The notes under the pieces: generated by a model | The model's input: the letters and a program-made list of their open reading frames with translations, nothing else | Databases searched by the model: none | Told to the model about the DNA's origin: nothing | DNA from: Leidyana gryllorum EB-2025a | Taxonomy: Eukaryota > Protista > Apicomplexa | Reading direction: 5' to 3' | Assembly: GCA_048772705.1 (NCBI GenBank) | Contig: JBLWGC010000186.1 | Coordinates: 1 to 64,000, forward strand | Length of the DNA: 64,000 nt | Made by a program: the position numbers and the translations under genes | Part shown: piece after piece, positions 1-11,554 of the stretch | Layout: the number at the start of each line of letters is the position of its first letter | Position numbering within the stretch: the stretch's first letter is position 1

Positions 1-129
1 CACAGATGTAAGTTTCTGTTCGTGCTGGAAGATCGGTGTACACCGTCCCGTCAGGAGAACGTCTTGCGCGCTTTGCCGAACATTCGTTACGACGATCTTG
101 ACGTAGATCGTGGAGAGCGAGACATGTAA
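1..129 (+). CDS. Possible 3' end of an upstream gene (HRCKFLFVLEDR...DRGERDM*)
   Basis: Open frame from base 1 to TAA at 127-129. The duplicated copy has a premature TGA at 3770-3772. Confidence 0.4.
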   Translation, partial: HRCKFLFVLEDRCTPSRQENVLRALPNIRYDDLDVDRGERDM

Positions 130-269
130 CACAATGCTTCCAGTTGTCTCCAGACTACAATATTGCATCGGAAAGCTGAACGGCACGACCGCACGATGTT
201 GCACCGCAACTTTCTACAGTCAGCACACGAGTGTGTGCAGACAACTTCTTCGATCGTTGGTGCAGACGA

Positions 270-2251
270 ATGCTAAGCGACCACTTTTGGACCCAAATTC
301 TGGAGTTCCTACCCCCATGGGAGTTGACAAGAATGGCCGGACTGTCCAAACAGATACACAACATACTTCATTCGGAAACGTCTCTCTTGATTGCGCGGCA
401 GGTTAGTCTCTCAAGCTCACAGTGGGCCTGGGTGCAACGCGCCTCTTGGTTCGAAGCATGGCTTCGCCGATCGTGCCCCCACTTGGAAATGCTCCGTTGG
501 CATGGATATAAAGATCCTAAGCTGATGGTCACGGATCTATTGCAAAAGATTTGCGAATGGGGCATTCCAAAGCTCAAAGAGGCAGATATAGCCGCAACCT
601 TTCCAAGGGGGGGGTCGTGGCAGAGTTACACCTTCAGTTTCCCCAACTTGAAGTCTTTGGATATAACAAGCTGCGACTTGTCAGAAGGGTCGCTGCATAT
701 CGATGCTCCCATGTTGGAGTGTCTAGCTGTCCACCGGAACCAGCTTCCTTTCATTCAACACGATTTGGCGGTTTCGCTGCGTGTGATTCTGGGGGACGGC
801 CCCAATGAACGCATCGTAGCGGTGACGAAGCCCAGATTCAATTATTGGTGTCTCAGGAGTGAAGACATCCCCACTTCAGTGGTGGACGGGGGGTGGAGAA
901 CGTCTCGTTTCCTGGTGGAATATTTGCCGGAGGCGCGGAATTGGGCAATTGACCAACTGGAACTACACAACGAAAGGACACGCACGTGGCCGAAGTGCCC
1001 GAGGTGAGTGTACTGAAGGGCTTCACTTAAAATCAGCTCAGAGGGTCGCAGAAGCTCTCGGAATACCTCATCAGAGAGTGGACCGATCGAGAACGCCATA
1101 TGCACCAGCCGTGTCGTAGCATACTACGTCGGACACAATTTTGGACCTCTTTACGCGCTCAGAGAATTGTCAACGAGACTCGAGGAAATGGTACTGTTCT
1201 GTCGCGCGTTCATTCGAGCTTGGGATGGTTCCGGTTGGCCGAAACTCGGGATTTGGAGTTACTTCCTCTCAGGTGGAGGGCGCTGCCACTGACCGAACCT
1301 CCTGCTGTGTACCCTCCCACATACACTGGGCGGCAGAGTGATCGCACCGCCTATTTGAGTGCCACCGAAACCCAGTATCCATTCAATTTGTCCGAGGTGA
1401 CACGGCTTCTGTATGTCAACGAGTCTTCTCAGCCGACGTTGACGGAAGATTCAATTGAAGCTTTACCCTTCCCAAATCTAAAGCGCATCGAGCTGCCTCT
1501 ACAGGGGTGGGCGATCTATGCCGCGTTGTCTGAGAAGAATCGTCTTTGTTGCCCTCCCGATTGTGTTCGCGTGTTATGCCTTCATACCGAACGGGAGGAC
1601 TCGCCGGAAGAAATGCGACGATTGATTGAAGAGTGTCAAATCCAATACATCGGGGTCACCGGAATCCCTTTAAAGATCACGAAATTGGTGGATTGGTTTC
1701 TGGTCGGCCATTCTATTTGGCAGCGAAAAGGTATGCGTATCCGATTTGGTCTCCAAGCTGCGGCGCTTTTGCACTATCCGTGGCCTAAAGTCCAATTGGA
1801 ACTCGTCTCCGGGATGTATACTGATGCCACTCTCCAGGCCGTGCTGAGATTCGTCGGGCGTTCCCCTGAAGAAAGTGGTCCGTATCTGAGAGCTCAATCC
1901 GCTGACCACCCGGACGCGTGGGCACGCCTGCGAGAACAGATTGTTCACGCGGAGTCAAAGACTCACTTAACCACTTTCTCCTACAGCGTTCCACAGTCAA
2001 TCATTAGGCAGTGGTACTCTGAAATGTTGGAAGCGACACCACGGGAGGCTCAGATTGCTGTTGGCGGACTGTTCGACGAGATCGCAACGATTCTTGACCG
2101 CGATTGGTGGCTCGGTCGGATGCTGCTGAGTCAGCGGTTCAAAGAATTGGAGTATTTGGATGTGCCTGTGACGTTGCCGGCTGTCTGTCCCCTCAGTATA
2201 CATCGAGAAGTGTTCCCCCACGATGAGAAGGAAGAGTCCGGAACTCCATAG
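270..2251 (+). CDS. F-box protein with LRR-like segments, copy 1 (exons 270-1003 and 1042-2251, about 647 aa)
   Basis: N-terminal MLSDHFWTQILEFLPPWELTRMAGLSKQIHNIL fits the F-box pattern; FPNLKSLDI and FPNLKRIEL are LRR-like. A 38-nt GTGAGT...CTCAG intron (1004-1041) joins the 258-aa and 383-aa ORFs in frame. Confidence 0.75.
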
Positions 2252-2429
2252 AGAATATTTTCAGCCCAATGATTCTCGGACAGAACTTTGCGGTGAACGC
2301 TTCGTGTTCTATTGATATCCCCCACACACAGTCGTGGTTCATTCAGATCCCGATAGGGCACGAAGGAGACACGCGCTGCGGTGTATCCATTGCAAATCTG
2401 CAAAACAGTGATTTAGACTAATTGAACCA

Positions 2430-3105
2430 ATGAACTTCGGTGGATTGTGTACCTCAGTGGTGGGGACAGTGATCACTGTCTCCTTACTTGCACTGGTGTT
2501 CATCTGCTACGTTATTTGGCCGCCCAACTTGCCCCAAGCGAGGGGCGCATATCCGGGGGGAGTCATCATCTCGAAGTTGTACGAAATTCTGTTCCTACTT
2601 TTGAATCTGATATTGAGTCGCTTGTAAGGTGCATCGTGGGTCTCTTTGAATTATCATTCGCAGCGTATCCCTCTTGATCACATTGTGGGTCAATAAATCG
2701 AGACGGAGCGGGTGTCTGAAGCGCTTTGGCCCTCCGCTTGACGAGAAGCAGAGGATGGTGGAAGCGCTGCGCGAGGCGCTCCAACCTTTTCTGGAATCCG
2801 TGCATAGGGAGCGACTTCGTGGCGAGCTGATCGCTGAGTTTCGGACTATTCTTGAGATCTCGACTAATGGTCCAACTCCTCCGGGGGCGGCGAACCCTCA
2901 CACTGGTCGAGCAGAAGGGGCGCTCGCGGAACCTGTTCATGAGCTGGTAACTGCCGTTCGAGACATCCGCGACATCGTGGCTGAGCTGCGAAATCTGCCC
3001 GGAGCGATGGCTGAATTGAGAAGGGAGTTGGAGAGTTGCACTCGAAGAATGCGTGAGGCGGAGCCTGCGGGCCCGATGGTGGGGAGGACAGTCTCGGCGA
3101 CCTGA
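2430..3105 (+). CDS. Unknown membrane protein with coiled-coil C-terminal half, copy 1 (exons 2430-2623 and 2664-3105, about 211 aa; C-terminus frameshifted relative to copy 2)
   Basis: Hydrophobic stretches VVGTVITVSLLALVFICYVIW and ILFLLLNLILSRFVSLLITLW. A 40-nt GTAAGG...CGCAG intron joins the 65-aa and 143-aa ORFs in frame. Heptad-like ELVTAVRDIRDIVAELRNL...LRRELES. Confidence 0.65.
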
Positions 3106-3927
3106 AGTGACGGCTTCACCTGCAACAGACGCCCCAGCGGTTCCAGAAAATGGCAATCAGGAGGAGAAACTGTAATTCACCGATAGTGATCATTGCGGCC
3201 GCGCTTGAGGCTGAATCTGACTCATGCGGAAGGATTTGGATGAGGGAAAGGTATGTCTTCAAGAGGAGGTACAGCTCCGCTGTGTTGGACAATTGGAGAT
3301 TCGCCCCGGGAGTACTGAATTAGATAGATTCGACTGGAACGACTGCAAAGGTAGTCGTGTACAATGAAGACACTCGGCACACTATATGATTAGGGGCAGC
3401 GAACACAATGGAATGTAAAGACGCACGTTGAGTACACAATAAGACTTCTACCTAATGCCGCCATCAGGAAAGTATAAAGCCCTCTTTGTTCTGGCGGGAC
3501 CCACTTATTGCGAATTAAGAATAATAAGTTCTCGGCGTCATGGGGTGGGCTGCCAAAGTGAGGGAGGGTCTTGAGTTGAGGCAATATGCGATATACCGCT
3601 CGTATATCCAAAGTCATATTGATTGACGAGCGCGCTGACCCAAGTCCCCTCTCCAGCACACAGCTGTAAGTTTCTGTTCGTGCTGGAAGATCGGTGTACA
3701 CCGTCCCGTCAAGAGAACGTCTTGCGCGCTTTGCCGAACATTCGTTACGACGAACTCGACGTAGATCGTTGAGAGCGAGACATGTAACACAATGCTTCCA
3801 GTTGTCTCCAGACTACAATATTACATAGGAAAGCTGAACGGCACGACCGCACGATGTTGCACGGCAACTTTCTACAGTCAGCACACGAGTGTGTGCAGAC
3901 AACTTCTTCGATCTTTGGTGCAGACGA

Positions 3928-5909
3928 ATGCTAAGCGACCACTTTTGGACCCAAATTCTGGAGTTCCTACCCCCATGGGAGTTGACAAGAATGGCCGGAC
4001 TGTCCAAGCAGATACACAACATACTTCACTCGGAAACGTCTCTCTTGATTGCGCGGCAGGTTAGTCTCACAGCCACACAGTGGGCCTGGGTGCAACGCGC
4101 TTCTTGGTTTGAAGCATGGCTTCGCCGATCGTGCCCCCACTTGGAAATGCTCCGTTGGCATGGATATAAAAATACTAAGCTGATGGTCACGGATCTACTG
4201 CAAAAGATTTGCGAATGGGGCATTCCAAAGCTCGAAGAGGCAGATATAGCCGCAACCTTTCCAACGGGGGGGTCGTGGCAGAGTTTCACTTTCAGTTTCC
4301 CCAACTTGAAGTCTTTGGACATAACAAGGTGCAACTTGTCAGAAGGGTCGCTGCATATCGATGCTCCCATGTTGGAATGTCTAGCTGTCCACCGGAACCA
4401 GCTTCCTTTCATTCAACACGATTTGGCGGTTGCGCTGCGTGTGATTCTGGGGGACGGCCCCAATGAACGGATCGTAGCGGTGACGAAGCCCAGATTCAAT
4501 TATTGGTGTCTCAGGACTGAAGACATCCCAGTTTCAGTGGTGGACGAGGGGTGGAGAACGTCTCGTCTCCTGGTGGAATATTTGCCGGAGGCGCGAAATT
4601 GGACAATGGACCAACTGGAACTACACAACGAAAGGACACGCACGTGGCCGAAGTGCCCGAGGTGAGTGTACTGAAGGGCTTCACTTAGAATCAGCTCAGA
4701 GGGTCGCAGAAGCTCTCGGAATACCTCATCAGAGAGTGGACCGATCGAGAACACCATATGCATCAGCCGTGCCGTAGCATACTATGTCGAGGACAATCTT
4801 GGACCTCTTTACACGCTCAGAGAATTGTCAACGAGACTCGAGGAAATGGTACTGTTCTGTCGCGCGTTCGTTCGAGCTTGGGATGGTTCCGGTTGGCCGA
4901 AACTCGGGATTTGGAGTCACTTCCTCTCAGGTGGAGGGCGCTGCCACTGACCGAACCTCCTGCTGTGTACCCTCCCACATACACGGGGCGGCAGAGTGAT
5001 CGCACCGCCTATTTGAGTGCCACCGACACCCAGTATCCATTCAATTTGTCCGAGGTGACACGGCTTCTGTATGTCAACGAGTCTTCTCAGCCGACGTTGA
5101 TGGAAGACTCAATTGAAGCTTTACCCTTCCCAAATCTAAAGCGCATCGAGCTGCCTCTACAGGGGTGGGCGATCTATGCCGCGTTGTCTGAGAAGAATCG
5201 TCTTTGTTGCCGTCCCGATTGTGTTCGCGTGTTATGCCTTCATACCGAACGGGAGGACTCGCCGGAAGAAATGCGACGATTGATTGAAGAGTGTCAAATC
5301 CAATATATCGGGGTCACCGGAATCCCTTTGAAGATCACGAAATTGATGGATTGGTTTCTGGTCGGCCATTCTATTTGGCAGCGAAAAGGTATTCGTATCC
5401 GATTCGGTCTCCAAGCTGCGGCGCTTTTGCACTATCCGTGGCCTAAAGTCCAATTGGAACTCGTCTCCGGGATGTATACTGATGCCACTCTCCAGGCCGT
5501 GCTGAAATTCGTCGGTTGTTCCGCTGAAGAAAGTGGTCCGTATCTGAGAGCTCAAGCCGCTGACCACCCGGACGTGTGGGCACGCCTGCGAGAACAGATT
5601 GTTCACGCGGAGTCAAAGACTCACTCAATCACTGTCTCCTACAGCGTTCCACAGTCAATCATTAGTCAGTGGTACTCTGAAATGTTGGAAGCCACACCAC
5701 GGGAGGCTCAGATTGCTGTTGGCGGACTGTTCGACGAGATCGCAACGATTCTTACCCCCGATTGGTGGCTCGGTCGGATGCTGCTGAGTCAGCGGTTCAA
5801 AGAATTGGAGTATTTGGATGTGCCTGTGACGTTGCCGGCCGTCTGTCCCCTCAGTATACATCGAGAAGTGTTCCCCCACGATGAGAAGGAAGAGTCCGGA
5901 ACTCCATAG
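3928..5909 (+). CDS. F-box protein, copy 2 (exons 3928-4661 and 4700-5909)
   Basis: Same structure as copy 1 with an intact frame; roughly 40 amino-acid differences counted by eye. Confidence 0.75.
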
Positions 5910-6087
5910 AGAATATTTTCAGCCCAATGATTCTCGGACAGAACTTTGCGGTGAACGCTTCGTGTTCTATTGATATCCCCCACACACAGTCGTGGTTCAT
6001 TCAGATCCCGATAGGGCACGAGGGAGACACGCGCTGCGCTGTATCCATTGCAAATCTGCAAAACAGTGATTTAGACTAATTGAACCA

Positions 6088-6850
6088 ATGAACTTCGGTG
6101 GATTGTGTACCTCAGTGGTGGGGACAGTGATCACTGTCTCCTTACTTGCACTGGTGTTCATCTGCTACGTTATTTGGCCGCCCAACTTGCCCCAAGCGAG
6201 GGGCGCATATCCGGGGGGAGTCATCATCTCGAAGTTGTACGAAATTCTGTTCCTACTTTTGAATCTGATATTGAGTCGCTTGTAAGGTGCATCGTGGGTC
6301 TCTTTGAATTATCATTCGCAGCGTATCCCTCTTGATCACATTCTGGGTCAATAAATCGAGACGGAGCGGGTGTCTGAAGCGCTGTGGCCCTCCGCTTGAC
6401 GAGAAGCAGAGGATGGTGGAAGCGCTGCGCGAGGCGCTCCAACCTTTTCTGGAAGCCGGGCATCGGGAGCGACTTCGTGGCGAGCTGATCGCTGAGTTTC
6501 GGACTATTCTTGAGATCTCGACTAATGGTCCAACTCCTCCGGGGGCGGCGAACCCTCACACTGATCGAGCAGAAGGGGCGCTCGCGGAACCTGTTCATGA
6601 GCTGGTAACTGCCGTTCGAGACATCCGCGACATCGTGGCTGAGCTGCGAAATCTGCCCGGAGCGATGGCTGAATTGAGAAGGGAGTTGGAGAGTTGCACT
6701 CGAAGAGTACGTGAGGAGGAGCCTGCGGGTTCGATGGCGGGGAGGACAGTCTCGGCGTCACCTGAAGTGACGGCTTCACCTGAAGTGACGGCTTCACCTG
6801 CAACAAACGCCCCACAGCGTCCAGAAAATGGCAATCGGGAGGGCTACTAG
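6088..6850 (+). CDS. Unknown membrane/coiled-coil protein, copy 2 (exons 6088-6281 and 6322-6850, about 240 aa)
   Basis: Same intron as copy 1. Longer C-terminus with an 18-nt duplication (SPEVTA x2). Confidence 0.65.
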
Positions 6851-6869
6851 TAACGGAAATTCACCGATA

Positions 6870-9200
6870 ATGATCATGGCGCCCGCGCTTGAGGCTGAAT
6901 CTGACTCACGCGGAAGGATTTGGATGAGGGAAAGGTAAGTCTTCAAGAGGAGGTACAGCTCCGCTGTGTTGGACAATTGGAGAATCGCCCCAGGAGTACT
7001 GAATTAGATAGATTCGCGTGGAACGACTGCAAAGATAGTCGTGTACAATGAAAACACAGGGTAGACTATATGATTATAGGGGCAGCGAATACAATGGAAT
7101 GTAAAGACGCACGTTGAGTACACAATTGAGACTTCTACCTAATGCCGCCATCAGAGAGTATAGAGCCCTCATAGTTCCGGCGGGACCCACTTATTGCGAA
7201 TTATAAAATAGTAAGTTCTCGGCGTCATGGGGTGGGCTGCCAAAGTGAGGGAGGGTCTTGAGTTGAGGCAATATGCGATATACCGCTCGCATATCCCAAG
7301 TCATATTGGTTGACGAGCGCGCTGACCCAAGTCCCCTCTCCAGCACACAGCTGTCTTCCAGGATATATTGGCGAAGGACAACACCTCCACAAGGGTGAAA
7401 AAGGCGAGGATTTGGGAGGCGAAGATTCCATGAGGGAGGCGCCCTAATTGTCTCAGATCGACCATTCTTGACCCAATAAGACGTCGAACAGATATGTCTC
7501 CGTGAGAAGAAGACTCCCCACCCATTACCAGCGAAATTTGGAGTGCCGAAAGGGACCAACAAAAAGTCGACCCTTCACTCTCCCAATGCCGCTTCTCAGA
7601 AAGCTCAGCACTCACCTGCGTCTCTCGCCAGTTGAGACTCGTTTTGGGAGATCAACAACGCCTCTTCACCACACATCGGTCGGCGTCGAGTCGAGCCTCG
7701 TCCGCCCTCTCAGAAAGTCTCAGGTGGGAGAATCACACTGTGTGTGACCCTTCCGGGGGACTTACATTCACCAGAGTGCAGTGGTTGCTCCTCCCCCTGC
7801 GCATCGCTTCTTGAGCCAGACACTGCAACCCGCAGGTAAGTTGAGTTTTATTCGAAGTTTCATTGAAGATATCAGTCCCGTCTCGTCTCCCCCTCGACCG
7901 ACACCCACCCGCATTAAAAGTCGACGAACTGCGAGTCTGTTGAATTTCTTGATCCAGGTTGAGATCCTACTAAGCCTATCGTTGGTTCTGTTTTTGATCC
8001 ATCCAGTATTGAGCGCATTTCAGAATCGTTAGGAGTGTTGTTCATGTTTCTAGTTCAGTCCACTTAATAATAAAAAGAAATGTAAGCACACGTGTGTGTC
8101 TAATCTGTCTCTCCCCTCGATTGATCTAGGAATAATAACTATGTAAAAATATTGCTGATTTGCCTAACTGAGGCATGACCATTGGAATAAGGGGGTAGCT
8201 AGCCGCAAAAACAAAGTCAGATCTATTAGGCGCGGTCCGGGCTTGACTGCCCAATGATACAAAAAGCAGTCCCAACTGGTTCTCCCCCCCGCTGTCTGAA
8301 GTGTGCGGCTGACCCGCTCTGTTTCCAGCCTGGTGTGACCACACGGGTGTCTCTCGACTGTACACACCCTCCGGTGAGCACCGTCCAGAGTCTCCAGCCC
8401 AGCCCGAGGGACCTGTGGATCTGTTTCAGTGTGTCTGAGCATTGCCTCCCAACCGGGTCACAGTGGGAAGTTATCCCACCAGGCGACTGTTAGTCCAACA
8501 CCGATCAGCGATGGGCCGACATCGGTTCAGATCGCTGATTGGGTCGAGAGAGATTGTGCCCACCCGTTTGACCCAGCGGGTACGCCGTCTCCTAGAGCTC
8601 GGCAACTTCAAAAATGCGCTTTGGACCTCATTACCATCTCTACTGTCACTGAGTGATGCACGTTTTGCCTTCTGGAATTGAGAGGGCGGAATTTGGGACG
8701 GTCGAGGTGAACCCGGATTGTGCAGGTGAGAGCCACTCAGACTACAGTGGACGGATGCAATTAACACCCAACGACGCTCTGGAAGTCGCTTGAGGTGAGA
8801 AAGATCGACGGGAACAGATACCGGGAAGTCTGCGCAGTTTGATGTTACTCGTGGTCGTGTCACATTCTTTCGGAACATAGAATTGGCTGTATGTCAATGA
8901 GGCATCTCACGTCTCTACGGTAGGAGAAGTGTCAGCGAAAAACTTGGACTGGGCCTCACTATGTCGTCTGGTCGCGGATTCAATGTCACCCCCGGACACC
9001 ATTGTCGGACCCCCAAAATCATTGCTGGAAATGGTCGTCAGCCTTCCAGACATATCAAGTCGTCCGCCATCAGCGTGAGCTCGACAAGTTTGGCTTCTTC
9101 GAGACGGGATTGGTTCGGCCTATTCTTTACCTCAGTAGTGGAGGGGGTCTCGCAGGCAGTCACTCTCACTCTATTCTTGGATACTGGTGAGCATTCGCAA
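6870..9200 (+). pseudogene. Degenerate coding-like region, possibly including a decayed F-box family member
   Basis: No long ORF. Fragments LTCVSRQLRLVL (about 7612-7650; F-box-end-like) and RRDWFG (about 9100; compare RDWWLG in the F-box C-terminus). Confidence 0.25.
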
Positions 9201-9250
9201 GGCAACTGTCGCAAGGCAACTGAAGACGCACGCAGCCTTCCTTGTGCTGG

Positions 9251-9352
9251 CCATTATGCCTGTGGGGCAGGCACCGCAAAGGTCACTAGCCGTTGTGACC
9301 ATTATGCCTGTGGGACACTGCAGTGGAACGGCAAAGGTCAATAGTCGTTGTG
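9251..9352. repeat. Two imperfect ~50-nt tandem repeats (CCATTATGCCTGTGGG...GCAAAGGTCA.TAG.CGTTGTGA)
   Basis: Directly visible, preceded by GCAAGGCAACTG x2 at about 9197-9222. Confidence 0.8.
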
Positions 9353-9411
9353 ATCCAATCTAATGTCATCAATATGTTACGAGGATACTGGCTGCGAGTG
9401 TCAGCCAAACT

Positions 9412-11211
9412 TCAACGAGGTTTGTGTGTAGTGATCTGGATTGGTGGTGGTACTCTGGGGAGATATACCGGGAGGTGCCAACGTCTGAGGGTCTCGCACT
9501 GTCGAATCGCATATTCTTCCGCAACCCAATCTGATCGGAAGTCAATGACGCCAAGGGTAATCTGATCCGATGGTTGGGTTAAAAAGCCTTCTGGGTCGGT
9601 TGAGGCCAGAATCTCGTAATACCACTTCTCGAAGGGAATCGTTTGCAGTACTCTTCGCTGATAAGCGCCGAAGAACATAGACGGGTTCTTTTTCGATATC
9701 CATCGAGACTCAATATACTGCCACATATCCAGCAAGCTTTGATCGCATTTTATGTCGTGGACGTATGACGCAAAGATACCGGGAGGGAGATCGATCTCAG
9801 TCGAAAGGAAGTCTTCCAATCTCGTCTCCGACAAGTGTCCCTTGACCAGCTCGAGGAGGATATCCTGCCAGAAGCGTGGGTACTGAGCTACGGTCGCCAA
9901 AGTCAGTCGTGGAAACTTTTCTCCCCGTCTTTTGAGTGCATCAAAGAGGAGCAACGAGAACAGCAAACACTTCTCGCGAATTATGTAGTTCTGAAAGGTG
10001 ATATGCGAAACTTGATGCTCCTCGGCTCTCGACAGCATTCGATAAGCGGATTCAACGCAATGCGGGGCTGAATCCCAAATGCCAACGACTGCTCCAATCG
10101 GCTCTTCCGAAGGCACCCAGCGCGGCTGTGCCGCTAACGAGTCTTCACGGAAGTCGAGCTCAACCCGTCTCGCTCGCTGCTGCCCCGCCGCGACGCCCTC
10201 ACCATTCCGTTGCCGCTGCAGTTGTTCCACAGACTCCTTATGGACAGGAAGGGCACAGAGACCATCCGGCACGTGTCCAAACCCGTCTAGAGGTACTCCA
10301 CATTCTGTTGCGGTCACGAGCTGTGTCGAGAGAGTTTGCCACATGGCTTTGGAAGCGGTAAAGACACCATTGGGCCGCAGTTCCGCCAACTGTCGATCAT
10401 TCGACCATACAGTGTCTGAGCCTCTCTATTCAAGACGAGGGTCAGCTGTGACTCATTGACCGACCACTCCCCTCTCATCCTCGGGCCAACAGATTGGCGG
10501 ACTTAGAGACGTTTTTTCCGGCCTCTGGGGTGAAAGTATGTTTGAGACGACTTCGAGAAGTTCGTCAAGAAGCCACACCAGGCGTCTCCCACCCAATGGT
10601 CGTCAGCGACGCATTTGTTGTGGTCGAACCACTGATAGCCGGAAGGCAGATCACTGTTGACCACCAGATGACGATGATCCTCTTCTCCTACGGCACTTAA
10701 CAAATCGCCTCGAAGAGGTTCGAGATGTCTGATGGTGGCCAGCGGAATCGATCTCGCGTGGATTACCAATGTCTCAAGCGTCGGGGCCTCAATCTCGATT
10801 GCAATCGCTCCTAACCATTCGAGAGATAGATACTTGAGGGCGGGAAAAGTCCATTTTGTGTAGTCGCATTTCCAAGCGAAACAGTCTACAGTGAGCTCGC
10901 GGGGTAAAGACACCCCCCAGAAAACTGATAAACTCGTCCACTATGTCGCCCGAGACTGAAAGGACCGTGACGCAACTTGCCAACCTCTCTAAAAAGGTTT
11001 CCAACACGGGAGAAGTGGGGAACTCTGCCCAATCTGCGTCAACCAGATGGACATGTGTCGAGCCCAGGTAGCTCTTAACCAATCCCTCCCAGGTTGAGGA
11101 GACTCCGCACAACAGCAACAACTCTGGGACTGTGCAGTAATCAAAGATACGCGAACTCAGTACAAAGTTTGAGAGAATTCTGATGGTGGTGCTGCTGTGG
11201 GGTGAGAACAT
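9412..11211 (-). pseudogene. Divergent paralog of the tandem F-box genes with two apparent frameshifts
   Basis: F-box-like start ILSNFVLSSRIFDYCTVPELLLLCGVSSTW. WTFPALKYLSL...IEAPTLETLVIH matches FSFPNLKSLDI...IDAPMLECLAVH; KWYYEILAST matches QWYSEMLEAT; LPVYLPRVPP matches VPVTLPAVCP. Frame breaks near 10915 and 10510. Confidence 0.65.
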
Positions 11212-11554
11212 CTGATGCGAGTCGAAGAGAAATGGGTTTTTTGCACTTTGCTGCAACCGTATACTCTGAATTGGTATTATGCGGTTCATATAGAGGGAAA
11301 GTTGCGTGTGTGATAGAGGTGTTGGAATGAGTGTAAGGGGTGGAGTGTATAAAATACTACCGAACATTCGGAAGCAAATTGGTTATAACACATTGCACGA
11401 AAGGGGAGATTCGAGTGTGAGAGTGTTGATCCAGGCAGAGCCGTGTCTGAGAGCAAAGAGAGAGAGAGAAAGAGAGAGAAGGAGAGAGAGAGAGAAGGAG
11501 AGACCCTCATTTTATCGTCTGTCATAATTCCTCTCTCTTCTTTCTTGTTCCCTT

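Larger units (their letters stand above)
1..7354. repeat. Direct tandem duplication: unit 1 = 1-3658, unit 2 = 3659-7345; highly similar, with scattered substitutions and small indels
   Basis: Paired ORFs at a constant 3658-nt offset (231/3889, 1100/4758, 2430/6088, 2674/6332). The 9-mer CACAG(A/C)TGT lies at 1-9, 3659-3667 and 7346-7354, and similarity ends abruptly after 7354. Confidence 0.97.

Noticed and set aside
3390-3701. Minus-strand ORFs at the unit ends (3390-3701 and 7191-7562)
   Set aside because: They span the duplication junction, differ in frame and stops between copies, have non-ATG starts and show no motifs.
1-7354. Tandem unit as a transposon, endogenous virus or rDNA repeat
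   Set aside because: No transposase, RT, integrase, Rep, capsid or rRNA motifs and no terminal repeats. The genes carry ordinary spliceosomal introns.
9197-9352. CRISPR-like repeat-spacer pattern
   Set aside because: Only two imperfect copies, no cas genes, and a eukaryotic context.
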